64,000 nt of DNA from Candidatus Latescibacterota bacterium. Its GTDB lineage: Bacteria > Latescibacterota > UBA2968 > GCA-2709665. The stretch covers positions 288,001 to 352,000 of the forward strand of contig CAXXXF010000014.1 of the NCBI GenBank assembly GCA_963667175.2. The letters run 5' to 3'. This document shows, piece by piece, positions 22,654 through 31,752 of this stretch. The notes beneath the pieces are model-generated. The model did not search any database, was not told the DNA's origin, and saw only the letters and a list, made by a program, of their open reading frames with translations. The translations under genes were made by a program, and so were the position numbers. The number at the start of each line of letters is the position of its first letter. Position 1 is the stretch's first letter.

Positions 22654-24694
22654 CAGATTGGACCTGCCGCAGAGATACCGGAGCATACTCGAGGGGCTGC
22701 TGCGTGAGCATGTGCCCGACGCCGAGGTGTGGGCCTACGGCAGCCGCATCACAGGCGAGAGCCACGAGGGCAGCGACCTGGATCTGGTGGTGAGGGGACC
22801 CGGACTGGAGCCCCTGGGCGACGGCTTCTTCAGCCTGCTGGAAGCGATCGAGGAATCGAACATCCCGATCCTCGTCCAGGCGCACGACTGGGCACTGTTA
22901 CCTGAGAGTTTTCACCCAGAGATAGAGCGGGACTACGTGGTGGTTCAGGGGGACCAAAGCGGAACAGAAAGCAGGTGGACAGCCACCACTTGGGGCGAAC
23001 TTGCAACGTTGGAATATGGAAAGTCGCTCCGTGGGTATGATTCGGCTGAAGGACCTTACAGGGTCTACGGAACCAATGGACCAATCGGCAAAAACAACGA
23101 GCCGCTCTGTCGGCATGCCAGCGTCATCATTGGGCGCAAGGGGGCGTACAGGGGTGTCCATTACTCCCCTGATCCGTTCTTTGTAATCGATACTGCATTT
23201 TACATGAAACCAAAGGTAGACCTCGATACTCGGTGGGCGTACTACCAACTGCTCACTCAGGATATCAATGGCCTCGATAGCGGCTCTGCAATACCGTCAA
23301 CGAGCCGTGAGGATTTTTATGGTCTGCCAGTTGAAGTCCCACCTCTGAAGGAACAACGTGCTATCGCTCATGTTTTGGGAACGCTGGACGACAAGATCGA
23401 GTTGAACCGGCGGATGAACGAAACGCTGGAGGATATGGCGCGGGCGCTCTTCAAGTCGTGGTTCGTCGACTTCGACCCTGTCCACGCCAAAGCCGCGCTC
23501 AGTCAAACTGCAGGTTCTTCATCGCGCGCCCACCCACCTATCACTCCCCCCTTGGGGGGGAGTCGGCAAGACGAGGGCGTCAGCCCGACGTCGCGCCGGT
23601 GGGGGGATATCCGTCGGAAATACACCCGAGAAACCCTCGAAAAAGCCCGCTCACTGCGCCAGACCCAAACCGACGCCGAGGGCCTCCTGTGGCACTACCT
23701 GCGAAATAAGCGATTGGGCGGATACAAATTCCGCCGCCAGCATCCCATGGGCAAGTACATCGCGGATTTTGTTTGTCTGTCGCGGAAGCTGATCATCGAA
23801 CTGGATGGCGGCCACCACGCGAAAGAGAACGACTACGATGAAGAGCGAGACCGCTTCTTGCAGAACGAGGGCTATCGCGTTATGCGGTTCTGGAACAACG
23901 AGATTCTTGAGAGTTGTATGGGCGTGTTGGAGAAAGTGTTCGACGCATTGGAGTTCCCCCCTCCGCCGCCGGAGGCGGCGACTCCCCCCCAAGGGGGGAG
24001 TGATGGCGAGGTGTCATCGGGTTGGACAATCGAACGGGCTCGCGCGTATCTCGACAAGATGGACCCGTCCATCGCGGCGCTGTTCCCCGATCGCTTCGTC
24101 GATTCGGAATTGGGCGAGATCCCGGAGGGGTGGGAGGTGAAGGCGTTGGGGGATGTAGCGAATCAACGGAGAAACGGACTAACTCCAGAGCAGATTGACC
24201 CAAGTGCGCCGTATATAGGGCTTGAACATATGCCCCAACGCTCCATTGCACTTTCGGAATGGACCAACGCGGATGGACTCGTTAGCGGAAAGAGCAGATT
24301 TGAAGAAGGTGACATCCTGTTTGGCAAACTAAGGCCTTACTTCCACAAGGTAGGCGTCGCTCCAGTCGAAGGAGTATGCTCGACCGATATAGTTGTTATA
24401 TCACCAATATCTGCGCATTGGTTCGGGGTTGTCCTTGGACACACGTCCAGCAAGCAATTCGTTGACTATACGGATGCCGCATCAACCGGTACCAGAATGC
24501 CGCGCACCAAATGGAAAGACATGGCATTATATGGGTTTGCGCTACCGGGCGTCGAAATCGCCTGTGGCTACAATGCACTCATCCAACCCTGGATTGAGAG
24601 AATGCTGTCAGCGATCCACGAATGTCGAATGCTCGCTAAGCAAAGGGTTGAACTGCTGCCGAGGTTGGTTTCCGGCATTGTGCGGATTGGATAA
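22646..24694 (+). CDS. hsdS: Type I RM specificity subunit with N-terminal MNT domain and in-frame DUF559 nuclease insertion
   Basis: AYGSR...SDLDL (MNT); TRD1 ...EQRAIAHVLGTLDDKIELN; LFKSWFVDF; DUF559; DSELGEIPEGW; TRD2 ...LLPRLVSG. Confidence 0.9.
   Translation: MTDRLDLPQRYRSILEGLLREHVPDAEVWAYGSRITGESHEGSDLDLVVRGPGLEPLGDGFFSLLEAIEESNIPILVQAHDWALLPESFHPEIERDYVVVQGDQSGTESRWTATTWGELATLEYGKSLRGYDSAEGPYRVYGTNGPIGKNNEPLCRHASVIIGRKGAYRGVHYSPDPFFVIDTAFYMKPKVDLDTRWAYYQLLTQDINGLDSGSAIPSTSREDFYGLPVEVPPLKEQRAIAHVLGTLDDKIELNRRMNETLEDMARALFKSWFVDFDPVHAKAALSQTAGSSSRAHPPITPPLGGSRQDEGVSPTSRRWGDIRRKYTRETLEKARSLRQTQTDAEGLLWHYLRNKRLGGYKFRRQHPMGKYIADFVCLSRKLIIELDGGHHAKENDYDEERDRFLQNEGYRVMRFWNNEILESCMGVLEKVFDALEFPPPPPEAATPPQGGSDGEVSSGWTIERARAYLDKMDPSIAALFPDRFVDSELGEIPEGWEVKALGDVANQRRNGLTPEQIDPSAPYIGLEHMPQRSIALSEWTNADGLVSGKSRFEEGDILFGKLRPYFHKVGVAPVEGVCSTDIVVISPISAHWFGVVLGHTSSKQFVDYTDAASTGTRMPRTKWKDMALYGFALPGVEIACGYNALIQPWIERMLSAIHECRMLAKQRVELLPRLVSGIVRIG
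23540..24004 (+). mobile_element. Putative DUF559 (Vsr-like endonuclease) element with perfect 26-bp inverted repeats
   Basis: ATCACTCCCCCCTTGGGGGGGAGTCG (23540-23565) and its exact reverse complement (23979-24004) flank ARSLR..T.AE..LW..LR...FRRQHP..YIADF..IIELDGG.H..D.ERD..L...GY.V.RFWN; span 465 bp = 155 codons. Confidence 0.75.
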
Positions 24695-24747
24695 TCCAAC
24701 GAGAAAATGTCAGTAAATGTCAGTATAAGAAATATGAACCTCGAAGG

Positions 24748-27051
24748 ATGTTTGCAATTGAGAGTTGGTCCAACATGAAACGAAGACGAAGAGCGAAACG
24801 AAAACGCGGCGCAAGGAATACGAAACCTGAAGAGAACAGCTTCCAGGTTATCAGATTTTCACCTCCCCGACTCGACCGCGAAAAATCCGAAGGGCGTTTT
24901 CGTGTGAAAAAGGACGAATGTGAGGTCAAGTTTCGTGAGCTAGTCCATTCTCTGTCTGGTCGTTTTCGCAATAGATATCCACCACAGATTATATCGATTG
25001 TCGCGGCCTATGGGTTACATCGACAGGTAACTAGCAAGGGGGTCAGTGAAAGGGCGTTTGTCGACGTGATTCAACAGTATCACGTTGAGTTCCTACAGGC
25101 CTTGGCGCTTACGATTTCCAAAAACGAGTGGGGCAGTAAGCCAGTAACGCCAGACATTGTCCAAGCGACTATCGACGAAGTTATCGAGTTGGGAGAATCG
25201 TTCCGAATAATGCGGCAATCTGCATTGCAGAATGAACACGACAAGGAAGAACAAGCCGTGCTGGCTTTAAGAGATCGACTTCGCACACACACTCAGATTT
25301 CGCGCAACTGGGGATATCGTACAGCTATGGTGGAAGATTCAGTCGAGCTGTACAGCCCCTTGGACTCGACATTACAGAACCACTACGGATTCAGTGCAAC
25401 GGACGTGATTGAAGTAGCGATAACCCTCATCAGAGTGATGGAGAACCGCGCTGCTGAACATTGGACAATGGCCAGCGAGATTCTTCGATCGCGGAATGTT
25501 CGTCTGGTCGCCAAACGACTCTTTGCCCAATATTCGGACAGCGAGGTCGAACCTGGTGAATTCGAACGTGCATTTCCGGAAAGTCTTGATAACAACGCTG
25601 TAGAGGCGCGTATATGGTCACTTATGGACACCAATCTATTACATCTGTTTCTTTTCGACTGTGAGAGAGTTGCCGAAGAATCCGGCCGATCAATCGAAAT
25701 TGTATCGCGAGTACTACGGAAACTATCTATGGGTCCCGGTGATCTCGCCCAAAACAAACCACATGAATTTCTCCTCAACAACCCGATTTGGGTTGCACCT
25801 GGTGTTATCACCGCGGGAGATTTCTTTTTCCCGATGCCGCAGATTGTACTCAGCCACATCCACGGGCTCATGCGCATTCTCGCCAAGTGCGCGGGTTTTA
25901 CAGACAGACTATATAAGCGACGATCTAAATTTCTCGAAAATAGAGTGTATGACACGATTCGTCGAATTCTTCCTTCTGCCCATTTGACTAAGAATGTAGA
26001 ATGGCGAATTGATGGAACCCGTTTCGAGACGGACCTACTCGGCAGGGTCGATCGGGTTGTGTTAATTGTGGAAGCAAAGTCCGGAGCGCTTACTGCCCAA
26101 GGCCTGCGAGGAGTTCCCTTGCGGATAAAGCGTCATGTGCACGACCTAGTTGTTAGTCCAGCAAAGCAATCTGCACGACTTGAGCAATTGATCTGGCAAG
26201 CGAAGTCAGGCGAGACCGTTGCAGCGGACGCGATTTCCGCGTTGGGTTTGGAACCAGACAAAATAGACACTGTCATTAGAATGTCGGTGACGCTTGACGA
26301 TTTCTCCATGATGGCGATTGCTGAACGGGAACTGAGGGCAGCGGGATGGATTCCGCCTGAGCTCCAAATAGCACCTACATTGACATTCGCAAATCTTGCA
26401 ACCGTAGTCGACGTACTTCACGAGCCAGCGTATTTTCTGCACTATTTCGCCGGACGTGAACGCACTCAGAAAACGATCGATCTGATAGGCGATGAGATGG
26501 ATTTGCTCGGCCTTTATTTGGAGACTGGTTTCAATATTGCAGAAAAGGAACTTGAGGGGGGCCCATTCATCACCTCTGGACTGTCTCGACAAGTGGATCA
26601 GTTTTACAATAGTGCCGATGCTGGTGTCGAAGTACGTAAACCACGACCAAAGATCCATCGCACATTAGAAAAAATCGTCCTCTATATCCAGAATAAGCGG
26701 ATGGAGGCCTGGTCGACAATCGCGCTTGATCTTCTGCGCATCGGATCTCTTGATGAGCAAAGGATGATTTTTCAGGACGTTCAGAGGCTACGAAAACGAG
26801 TAGCCAAGACTTATCGCGACCCGGCACACATTTGCTCGGAGTTTGTAGTTCCCGCAGAACACATCGATGCGTTTATTATATTTTATGTATTTCCCAATGC
26901 AATAGCCGGCGGTCGTTTCAAAGTGGCTGAAGAATTAGCCCGCCGTCAATTCGCAGTTCACGATCGATCTCGCTGCATAATAGTCGGAAAAATGATCGAA
27001 TCCTGGGACAAGCCTTATCAGTTTGTGGCCGTCTATAACAATCCAAAATAA
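24748..27051 (+). CDS. Large hypothetical protein with NERD/PD-(D/E)xK-like motif
   Basis: 767-aa ORF in lower-GC DNA; ETDLL...LIVEAKS. Confidence 0.7.
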   Translation: MFAIESWSNMKRRRRAKRKRGARNTKPEENSFQVIRFSPPRLDREKSEGRFRVKKDECEVKFRELVHSLSGRFRNRYPPQIISIVAAYGLHRQVTSKGVSERAFVDVIQQYHVEFLQALALTISKNEWGSKPVTPDIVQATIDEVIELGESFRIMRQSALQNEHDKEEQAVLALRDRLRTHTQISRNWGYRTAMVEDSVELYSPLDSTLQNHYGFSATDVIEVAITLIRVMENRAAEHWTMASEILRSRNVRLVAKRLFAQYSDSEVEPGEFERAFPESLDNNAVEARIWSLMDTNLLHLFLFDCERVAEESGRSIEIVSRVLRKLSMGPGDLAQNKPHEFLLNNPIWVAPGVITAGDFFFPMPQIVLSHIHGLMRILAKCAGFTDRLYKRRSKFLENRVYDTIRRILPSAHLTKNVEWRIDGTRFETDLLGRVDRVVLIVEAKSGALTAQGLRGVPLRIKRHVHDLVVSPAKQSARLEQLIWQAKSGETVAADAISALGLEPDKIDTVIRMSVTLDDFSMMAIAERELRAAGWIPPELQIAPTLTFANLATVVDVLHEPAYFLHYFAGRERTQKTIDLIGDEMDLLGLYLETGFNIAEKELEGGPFITSGLSRQVDQFYNSADAGVEVRKPRPKIHRTLEKIVLYIQNKRMEAWSTIALDLLRIGSLDEQRMIFQDVQRLRKRVAKTYRDPAHICSEFVVPAEHIDAFIIFYVFPNAIAGGRFKVAEELARRQFAVHDRSRCIIVGKMIESWDKPYQFVAVYNNPK

Positions 27052-27472
27052 CCAACGAAGATTGCTGGTTTCCAAGTAAGTGCCGTGTTTTCTATCTGGT
27101 AATTTCCAGATCCGATCACCTTCGATTTGGAAACAAGCGGGATTAAGTGGACTATGAACTTCAAACCTGATCTGATTGACGGAGTGCGAGGCGAAGATTG
27201 CTTGAATCGAGAATTCTCTCAGATGGGCGTTGTCGTAGTGGAAGCTGCAAGGCGAACGCGATTGTGGTCACAGTCAAAGAAATGCAATAAACAAAGTTTG
27301 TCCGATCGCTTTCCAGGAGATCCGTTATCCAGAGGGTAGTCACAGCCGTCGTTCAGGCAGAAACGTCTCCGTCTGATCGGACACGTCACCCTTGGCCAGA
27401 TGCACTTGGGCGACACAGCTATATGTGTGTCGGCAACCAACGTATAAACCCATATTTGGTAGGTGGACTTTT

Positions 27473-27862
27473 ATGGCAATAAAACGAGCGTTTATCAGCT
27501 TTGATTTTGATCACGACGAGGAACTTCGTGACGCCCTGGTGGGTCAGGCAATAAATGCTGACTCTCCATTCAGAATCTCAGACTGGTCGGTACATGAACC
27601 CTTCGATTCCAACTGGAGACAGAAAGTAAGGGACAGAATCCGAAGAACTGACTTGACGATCGTGATTTGTGGTGAGCACACTCACACAGCGAAGGGCGTG
27701 GCAGCCGAGGTGTCCATCGCCCAAAAAGAGAATAAACCGTATTTCTTGCTCTGGGGGCGACCCAAAAAGATATGCAAGAAACCCGCCAATGCCTATGCAA
27801 ACGACAAGATTTACAAGTGGGATTGGAAAATCCTGAAGAAGCTGATTGCAGGAGAAAGATAG
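27473..27862 (+). CDS. Stand-alone TIR-domain protein (ThsB/DUF1863-like)
   Basis: RAFISFDFDHD, DWSVHE, IVICGEHT.TA.GV..E (catalytic Glu position). Confidence 0.82.
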   Translation: MAIKRAFISFDFDHDEELRDALVGQAINADSPFRISDWSVHEPFDSNWRQKVRDRIRRTDLTIVICGEHTHTAKGVAAEVSIAQKENKPYFLLWGRPKKICKKPANAYANDKIYKWDWKILKKLIAGER

Positions 27863-27866
27863 GAAT

Positions 27867-28376
27867 ATGGGTGAGCCAAGTATGGTCCTGTTCAGTCAGG
27901 CGAAAGAGAACTATGGTGACTCTTTCAACACGCACCTTCTGGAGCAGTATAAGCTTTACGTGCAGTCGGCGGAGAACGTGAGCGCGCGGAGAGTGGCATC
28001 GAGCCGATATCTGCTGACACTCAACTCGGCCCTCGTCGCGTTGTACGGACTTCAGTCGGCAGATCTTGACCAGAACTATTGGGCGTTGCTGATTCCCGTT
28101 GTGGGAATTAGAATATCCGTGCTTTGGTATCGGATCATCAAGTCGCACGCCGACCTGAACCGCGTCAAGTTCAAGATCATTTACGTACTGGAGGATCATC
28201 TGCCAGCAGCGATGTATAAATATGAGTGGCATTTGGCTGAGGAGGGCAGAGGAAAGACCTATCGTACAGTAACAACCTTCGAAAAGTGGGTACCTGTTGT
28301 GTTCGGGGCGCTGCACGTGGCTTTGGCGATCACAATCGTCTTGACAATCGCAGGTTTATTGGATTGCGTTCAATGA
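27867..28376 (+). CDS. Small multi-pass membrane protein, putative effector of the TIR gene
   Basis: LLEQYKLYV.SAE.VS.RR, LN.VKF.II..LE..LP...Y..EW, about three hydrophobic segments; starts 4 nt after the TIR stop. Confidence 0.75.
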   Translation: MGEPSMVLFSQAKENYGDSFNTHLLEQYKLYVQSAENVSARRVASSRYLLTLNSALVALYGLQSADLDQNYWALLIPVVGIRISVLWYRIIKSHADLNRVKFKIIYVLEDHLPAAMYKYEWHLAEEGRGKTYRTVTTFEKWVPVVFGALHVALAITIVLTIAGLLDCVQ

Positions 28377-28626
28377 CGGGATGCTGGGGCGGTTCGCGAA
28401 CCGCCCGCAAATCTTCGGTCATCGAAACCGACATGGCGAATTTGCTGTAATGACCAACCAGATCCATGCCATTACGGTAAAATACAGACGCCCGCGAGCA
28501 TCCAGTCGTGGCGCTACGAAGAGGAAGGTCTGTGCGCCGCAACGTCATCGCACGGAAAGCAAATCGCGGTTGATCCAGTGAGATCGTCTGTAATAGACCA
28601 AATCGACGTTCACCGGGAGAGCCACG

Positions 28627-28905
28627 ATGCAAGAAACCAAATCCCAACGTGTTTGGACCGTGGCCGAGGCGAAGGCCCGGCTATCCGAAATCCTGCGCCT
28701 TGCCGAGGAGGAGGGGCCGCAACGCATCGGCGCGCGGAAGCCATTCGTCATCGTACCCGAGTGCGTATGGAAGTCTCGAGACCAGGCGTCCACCCCCTTG
28801 GGTCAGTGGCTGGTTGAAAACACGCCGCGCGGCACGAACCTTGAAATCCCAAGGCGTCGCGAGAGTGGCCGCAAGATTCCCTTCATCGAGGAATCAGACG
28901 AATGA
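28627..28905 (+). CDS. Phd/YefM-family antitoxin
   Basis: WTVAEAKARLSEIL...GPQ.I. Confidence 0.82.
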   Translation: MQETKSQRVWTVAEAKARLSEILRLAEEEGPQRIGARKPFVIVPECVWKSRDQASTPLGQWLVENTPRGTNLEIPRRRESGRKIPFIEESDE

Positions 28906-29000
28906 GCGGTTATCTCCTGGATACGAACGTGGTCTCGGAGTTGACGAAGGAAAATCCGAACCCGGCCTACATAGACGATCTGAACGCCCAGGAGGGTTAG
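28902..29000 (+). pseudogene. Truncated VapC/PIN toxin (32 aa)
   Basis: MSGYLLDTNVVSEL PIN N-terminus, coupled to Phd by ATGA, then an early stop. Confidence 0.75.
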
Positions 29001-29001
29001 T

Positions 29002-29229
29002 ATGAGGTGGCAGGACTATATATCGAGCAAGCCGGACGTTTGCCACGGCAAGGCTTGCATTACTGGCACACGGGTCATGGCAACGGTCATTCTGGACAGT
29101 CTGGCGGAAGGGTTGAGTGTTGAGGAGATCGTCGAGAACTATCCGTCAGTATCACGCGAGGCGGTGCAGGCGACCCTGCTCTACGCTGCCGAGTTGGCAA
29201 AGGAACGTCTAGTGCCCTTGAGCGAATAG
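29002..29229 (+). CDS. DUF433-domain antitoxin
   Basis: P.VCHGKACI.GTRV...ILD.LA.G....EI..NYP. Confidence 0.88.
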   Translation: MRWQDYISSKPDVCHGKACITGTRVMATVILDSLAEGLSVEEIVENYPSVSREAVQATLLYAAELAKERLVPLSE

Positions 29230-29237
29230 GGTCCGCC

Positions 29238-29591
29238 ATGCTTTTCAAGCTGGACGAAAATCTCCCTACAGCGCTTTCCGGACGCTTCGCCGAGGCGGGT
29301 CACGATGTAGTCACCGTCACGGATCAGGCAATGAACGGCGCAAGCGACCCTGATCTCGCGGCCATATGCCGTAGCGAAGGCCGAGCCCTTGTGACGCTGG
29401 ATATGGACTTTGCCGACATCAGGGTCTATCCGCCGCGGAACTATCCTGGGTTGGTGGTCTTCAGGCTCGCGAGGCATGCCTCGGGCCATGTGTTGGAAGT
29501 CGCCACAAGACTGCTCAGAACGTTGCCCGACGCCTCGCTTCACGGGCAGTTGTGGATCGTCGAAGATAACAGGATTCGTATCAGAGAGTGA
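29238..29591 (+). CDS. DUF5615/PIN-like toxin
   Basis: FKLDENLP, GHDV.TV, GASD, LVTLD.DF. Confidence 0.85.
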   Translation: MLFKLDENLPTALSGRFAEAGHDVVTVTDQAMNGASDPDLAAICRSEGRALVTLDMDFADIRVYPPRNYPGLVVFRLARHASGHVLEVATRLLRTLPDASLHGQLWIVEDNRIRIRE

Positions 29592-29594
29592 CGC

Positions 29595-29643
29595 ATGACC
29601 ACCCTCACCGAAGCGGACGTTGAACAGGCGGCCCTTCACTGGC
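29595..29643 (+). repeat. Remnant copy of the hsdR 5' end ([16 protein letters not shown])
   Basis: Aligns with 33399-33447 ([16 protein letters not shown]). Confidence 0.85.
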
Positions 29644-29705
29644 GCGTCGACCCCGGCAGTGAGTATCCCAGGTTCCTTACCGCGCACCCACGCAGGAGGT
29701 GAGAA

Positions 29706-29948
29706 GTGTTCAAGGAACACGATCAAATAGTGCATACCGCTGATGTTCGTGGTGACGAGGGAGAGGAACTAAAACCGGGCGACGTGGGCACCATCATACA
29801 CGTCCATCGCGATAAAGCCGCCTTCGTGGTGGAGTTCATGTCACTGGATGGCGCCACGGTGGCTATTGCTACCGTGTTGGCCTCGCATGCGCGTCCCGTA
29901 GATGGCGCTGATCTCACGCATGCCCGAACGATTGCGGCGGCAATCTGA
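29706..29948 (+). CDS. DUF4926-like small protein
   Basis: KEHD.IV, LKPGDVGTIIHVH...AFVVEF. Confidence 0.75.
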   Translation: MFKEHDQIVHTADVRGDEGEELKPGDVGTIIHVHRDKAAFVVEFMSLDGATVAIATVLASHARPVDGADLTHARTIAAAI

Positions 29949-29975
29949 TTGGACGCGGTGGCGACGGCCCCTCTA

Positions 29976-30128
29976 CCCTTCGACAAGCTCAGGGACCTCA
30001 GGATCACGGACCGGCTCGGCTTCTTCGACTCCCCCACAAGGGGGAGTGATGCAGAGGTGTTAACGCTTGTTCATCGTGCGACAGATGAGATCGATGCGGG
30101 CAGACAGGAATGTCTGCCCCACCATCAA
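29976..30128. repeat. Composite palindromic repeat module (R3 CCCTTCGACAAGCTCAGGG + R2 ACTCCCCC..GGGGGAGTGAT + R5 GGGCAGACAGGAATGTCTGCCCCAC)
   Basis: Matches the modules at 38749-38920 and 40529-40810. Confidence 0.8.
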
Positions 30129-30264
30129 TCCGCTTCCGTCAGTATCGCAGTACATTCGCACTTGTGACGGACGTATCTCCTGGATACGAACGTGGTCTCG
30201 GAGCTGACGAAGGAGAATCCGGTCCGGGCCTTCATAGACGATCTGAACGCCCAGGAGGGTTCGT

Positions 30265-30498
30265 ATGAGGTGGCAAGAGTACATTTCATCAGACCCCACG
30301 ATATGCCACGGCAAGGCATGCATTACAGGCACGCGGGTTATGGCGACGGTCATTCTGGATAGTCTGGCAGAAGGGTTGCGTGTTGAGGAGATCGTCGAGA
30401 ACTACCCGTCCGTATCGCGCGAGGCGGTGCAGGCGACCCTGCTCTACGCTGCCGAGTTTGCTAAGGAACGGATAGCGCCATTGAAGGGAGTCCAATGA
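30265..30498 (+). CDS. DUF433-domain antitoxin, second copy (preceded by a degenerate PIN remnant, 30164-30263)
   Basis: Highly similar to 29002-29229. Confidence 0.85.
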   Translation: MRWQEYISSDPTICHGKACITGTRVMATVILDSLAEGLRVEEIVENYPSVSREAVQATLLYAAEFAKERIAPLKGVQ

Positions 30499-30569
30499 AT
30501 CCCGGTGATAGACTGCGACGGAGAGACGTGAGCGGTCGTCCCAATATGCCATCTCGAAATGAGCGAGAA

Positions 30570-30782
30570 ATGCACAAGTACGAAATTATCATCTATTGGA
30601 GCAATGAAGACGGAGCCTTTGTGGCGGAGGCGCCCGAACTTCCCGGGTGCACGGCCCACGGTCATACCCAGGAGGCGGCGTTGCAGAACATCAATCAGGC
30701 CGTGGACCTGTGGCTGGAAACGGCCCGGGAGTTTGGAGACCCGATCCCGGAACCCAGGGGCGAACGCTTGATGTTGGCATAG
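30570..30782 (+). CDS. HicB-family antitoxin (no intact HicA next to it)
   Basis: YEIIIYWS.ED.AFVAE.PELPGC.AHG.T.E.AL. Confidence 0.87.
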   Translation: MHKYEIIIYWSNEDGAFVAEAPELPGCTAHGHTQEAALQNINQAVDLWLETAREFGDPIPEPRGERLMLA

Positions 30783-30789
30783 GTAAATC

Positions 30790-30838
30790 AGGACCAACCT
30801 TACAGAAGTGGACGTAGCGCAGGCGGCCCTTGACTGGC
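30790..30838 (+). repeat. Second remnant of the hsdR 5' end (TNLTEVDVAQAALDW)
   Basis: Aligns with 33399-33447. Confidence 0.8.
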
Positions 30839-30955
30839 AGGTGGCCTATTGACTGATCTGGTAAGGATACTTGACAAGATGGATAAGTGGGCATATCTTT
30901 TCCAGCAAGATAGCTCACAAGAGTAAACTCGAAAATCTTCTGAAGAGAGCATTCC

Positions 30956-31447
30956 ATGGGCTCCTCTATCCCGCATGTAATGCCTGCCGCAGATTTGTCG
31001 CCCGTAACAGAACAGCCAGTAAAGAAATGCGTGAATGTAATCTCGCAGCCCTCTATTGTGGAACAATTCCGGCACGGGCTCGAAGAGACGAATGAGCACG
31101 TTTTGCAGGTCATGGCTGACTGGTACGGGTTTTTGCAAATGCTTGAGCAGAATCCGCAGAACTACAGGGAAATGTGTCGAGACGGTGACGTGGAGTCAGT
31201 AATCACTGGCCTGGAGGAGTCTGGAAAGAGTCTGCCCAGAGAAACCTGGACTGCCATCGGAAAAGTACTCAGGGAATGCGACGCCGACACGTACGAGAAA
31301 TTCGAGGAAGTGGATGAAAACGTACGGGCATGTGGCGCACTCCTTCGAGAAGTGAGTTGGACGCTGTCACTATTGCACCTGGAAAAAACGCCAAGCACTG
31401 GCCCTACCTATCCAATAGGTGAAGTCATTGAAAGCCTGCGGCGTTAG
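30956..31447 (+). CDS. Hypothetical protein, possible antitoxin
   Basis: ORF directly upstream of a RelE-like gene; start uncertain. Confidence 0.5.
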   Translation: MGSSIPHVMPAADLSPVTEQPVKKCVNVISQPSIVEQFRHGLEETNEHVLQVMADWYGFLQMLEQNPQNYREMCRDGDVESVITGLEESGKSLPRETWTAIGKVLRECDADTYEKFEEVDENVRACGALLREVSWTLSLLHLEKTPSTGPTYPIGEVIESLRR

Positions 31448-31449
31448 AT

Positions 31450-31752
31450 GTGGATAGATCATTCTTTCCGCCCGTAAAGAGAATAGTATTTCAAGATGAT
31501 AGCGTCGTAAAAGTCGTAAGCAGATTGCCAGGACCAGTAAAGAAACGGCTTCGAGAATTCCTGAGTGATCTTGAAAACGGGCAGTTGTCAAAAAGAGGAA
31601 AGAACATTTCGCAAACATCTGGCGTCAAAAAGTACCGATTGAACGATCAATTTCGCATCGCATTTGTTTTGCAGGGAGATACGGCGAGAATATTACGCAT
31701 TGGGGACCATGACGAAATGGATCGATTGTTGGAAGTCCTCAGGCGCCTCTGA
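31450..31752 (+). CDS. RelE/ParE-superfamily toxin-like protein
   Basis: KYRLNDQFRIAF...ILRIGDHDE C-terminal pattern. Confidence 0.65.
   Translation: MDRSFFPPVKRIVFQDDSVVKVVSRLPGPVKKRLREFLSDLENGQLSKRGKNISQTSGVKKYRLNDQFRIAFVLQGDTARILRIGDHDEMDRLLEVLRRL

Noticed and set aside
23540-24004. Intein explanation for the HsdS insert
   Set aside because: No N-terminal C/S splice block and no HN-C/S/T C-terminal motif. The boundaries are DNA palindromes.
22646-24694. Phase-variable hsdS shufflon
   Set aside because: Only one hsdS is present, with no silent TRD copies and no recombinase. The inverted repeats flank DUF559, not a TRD.
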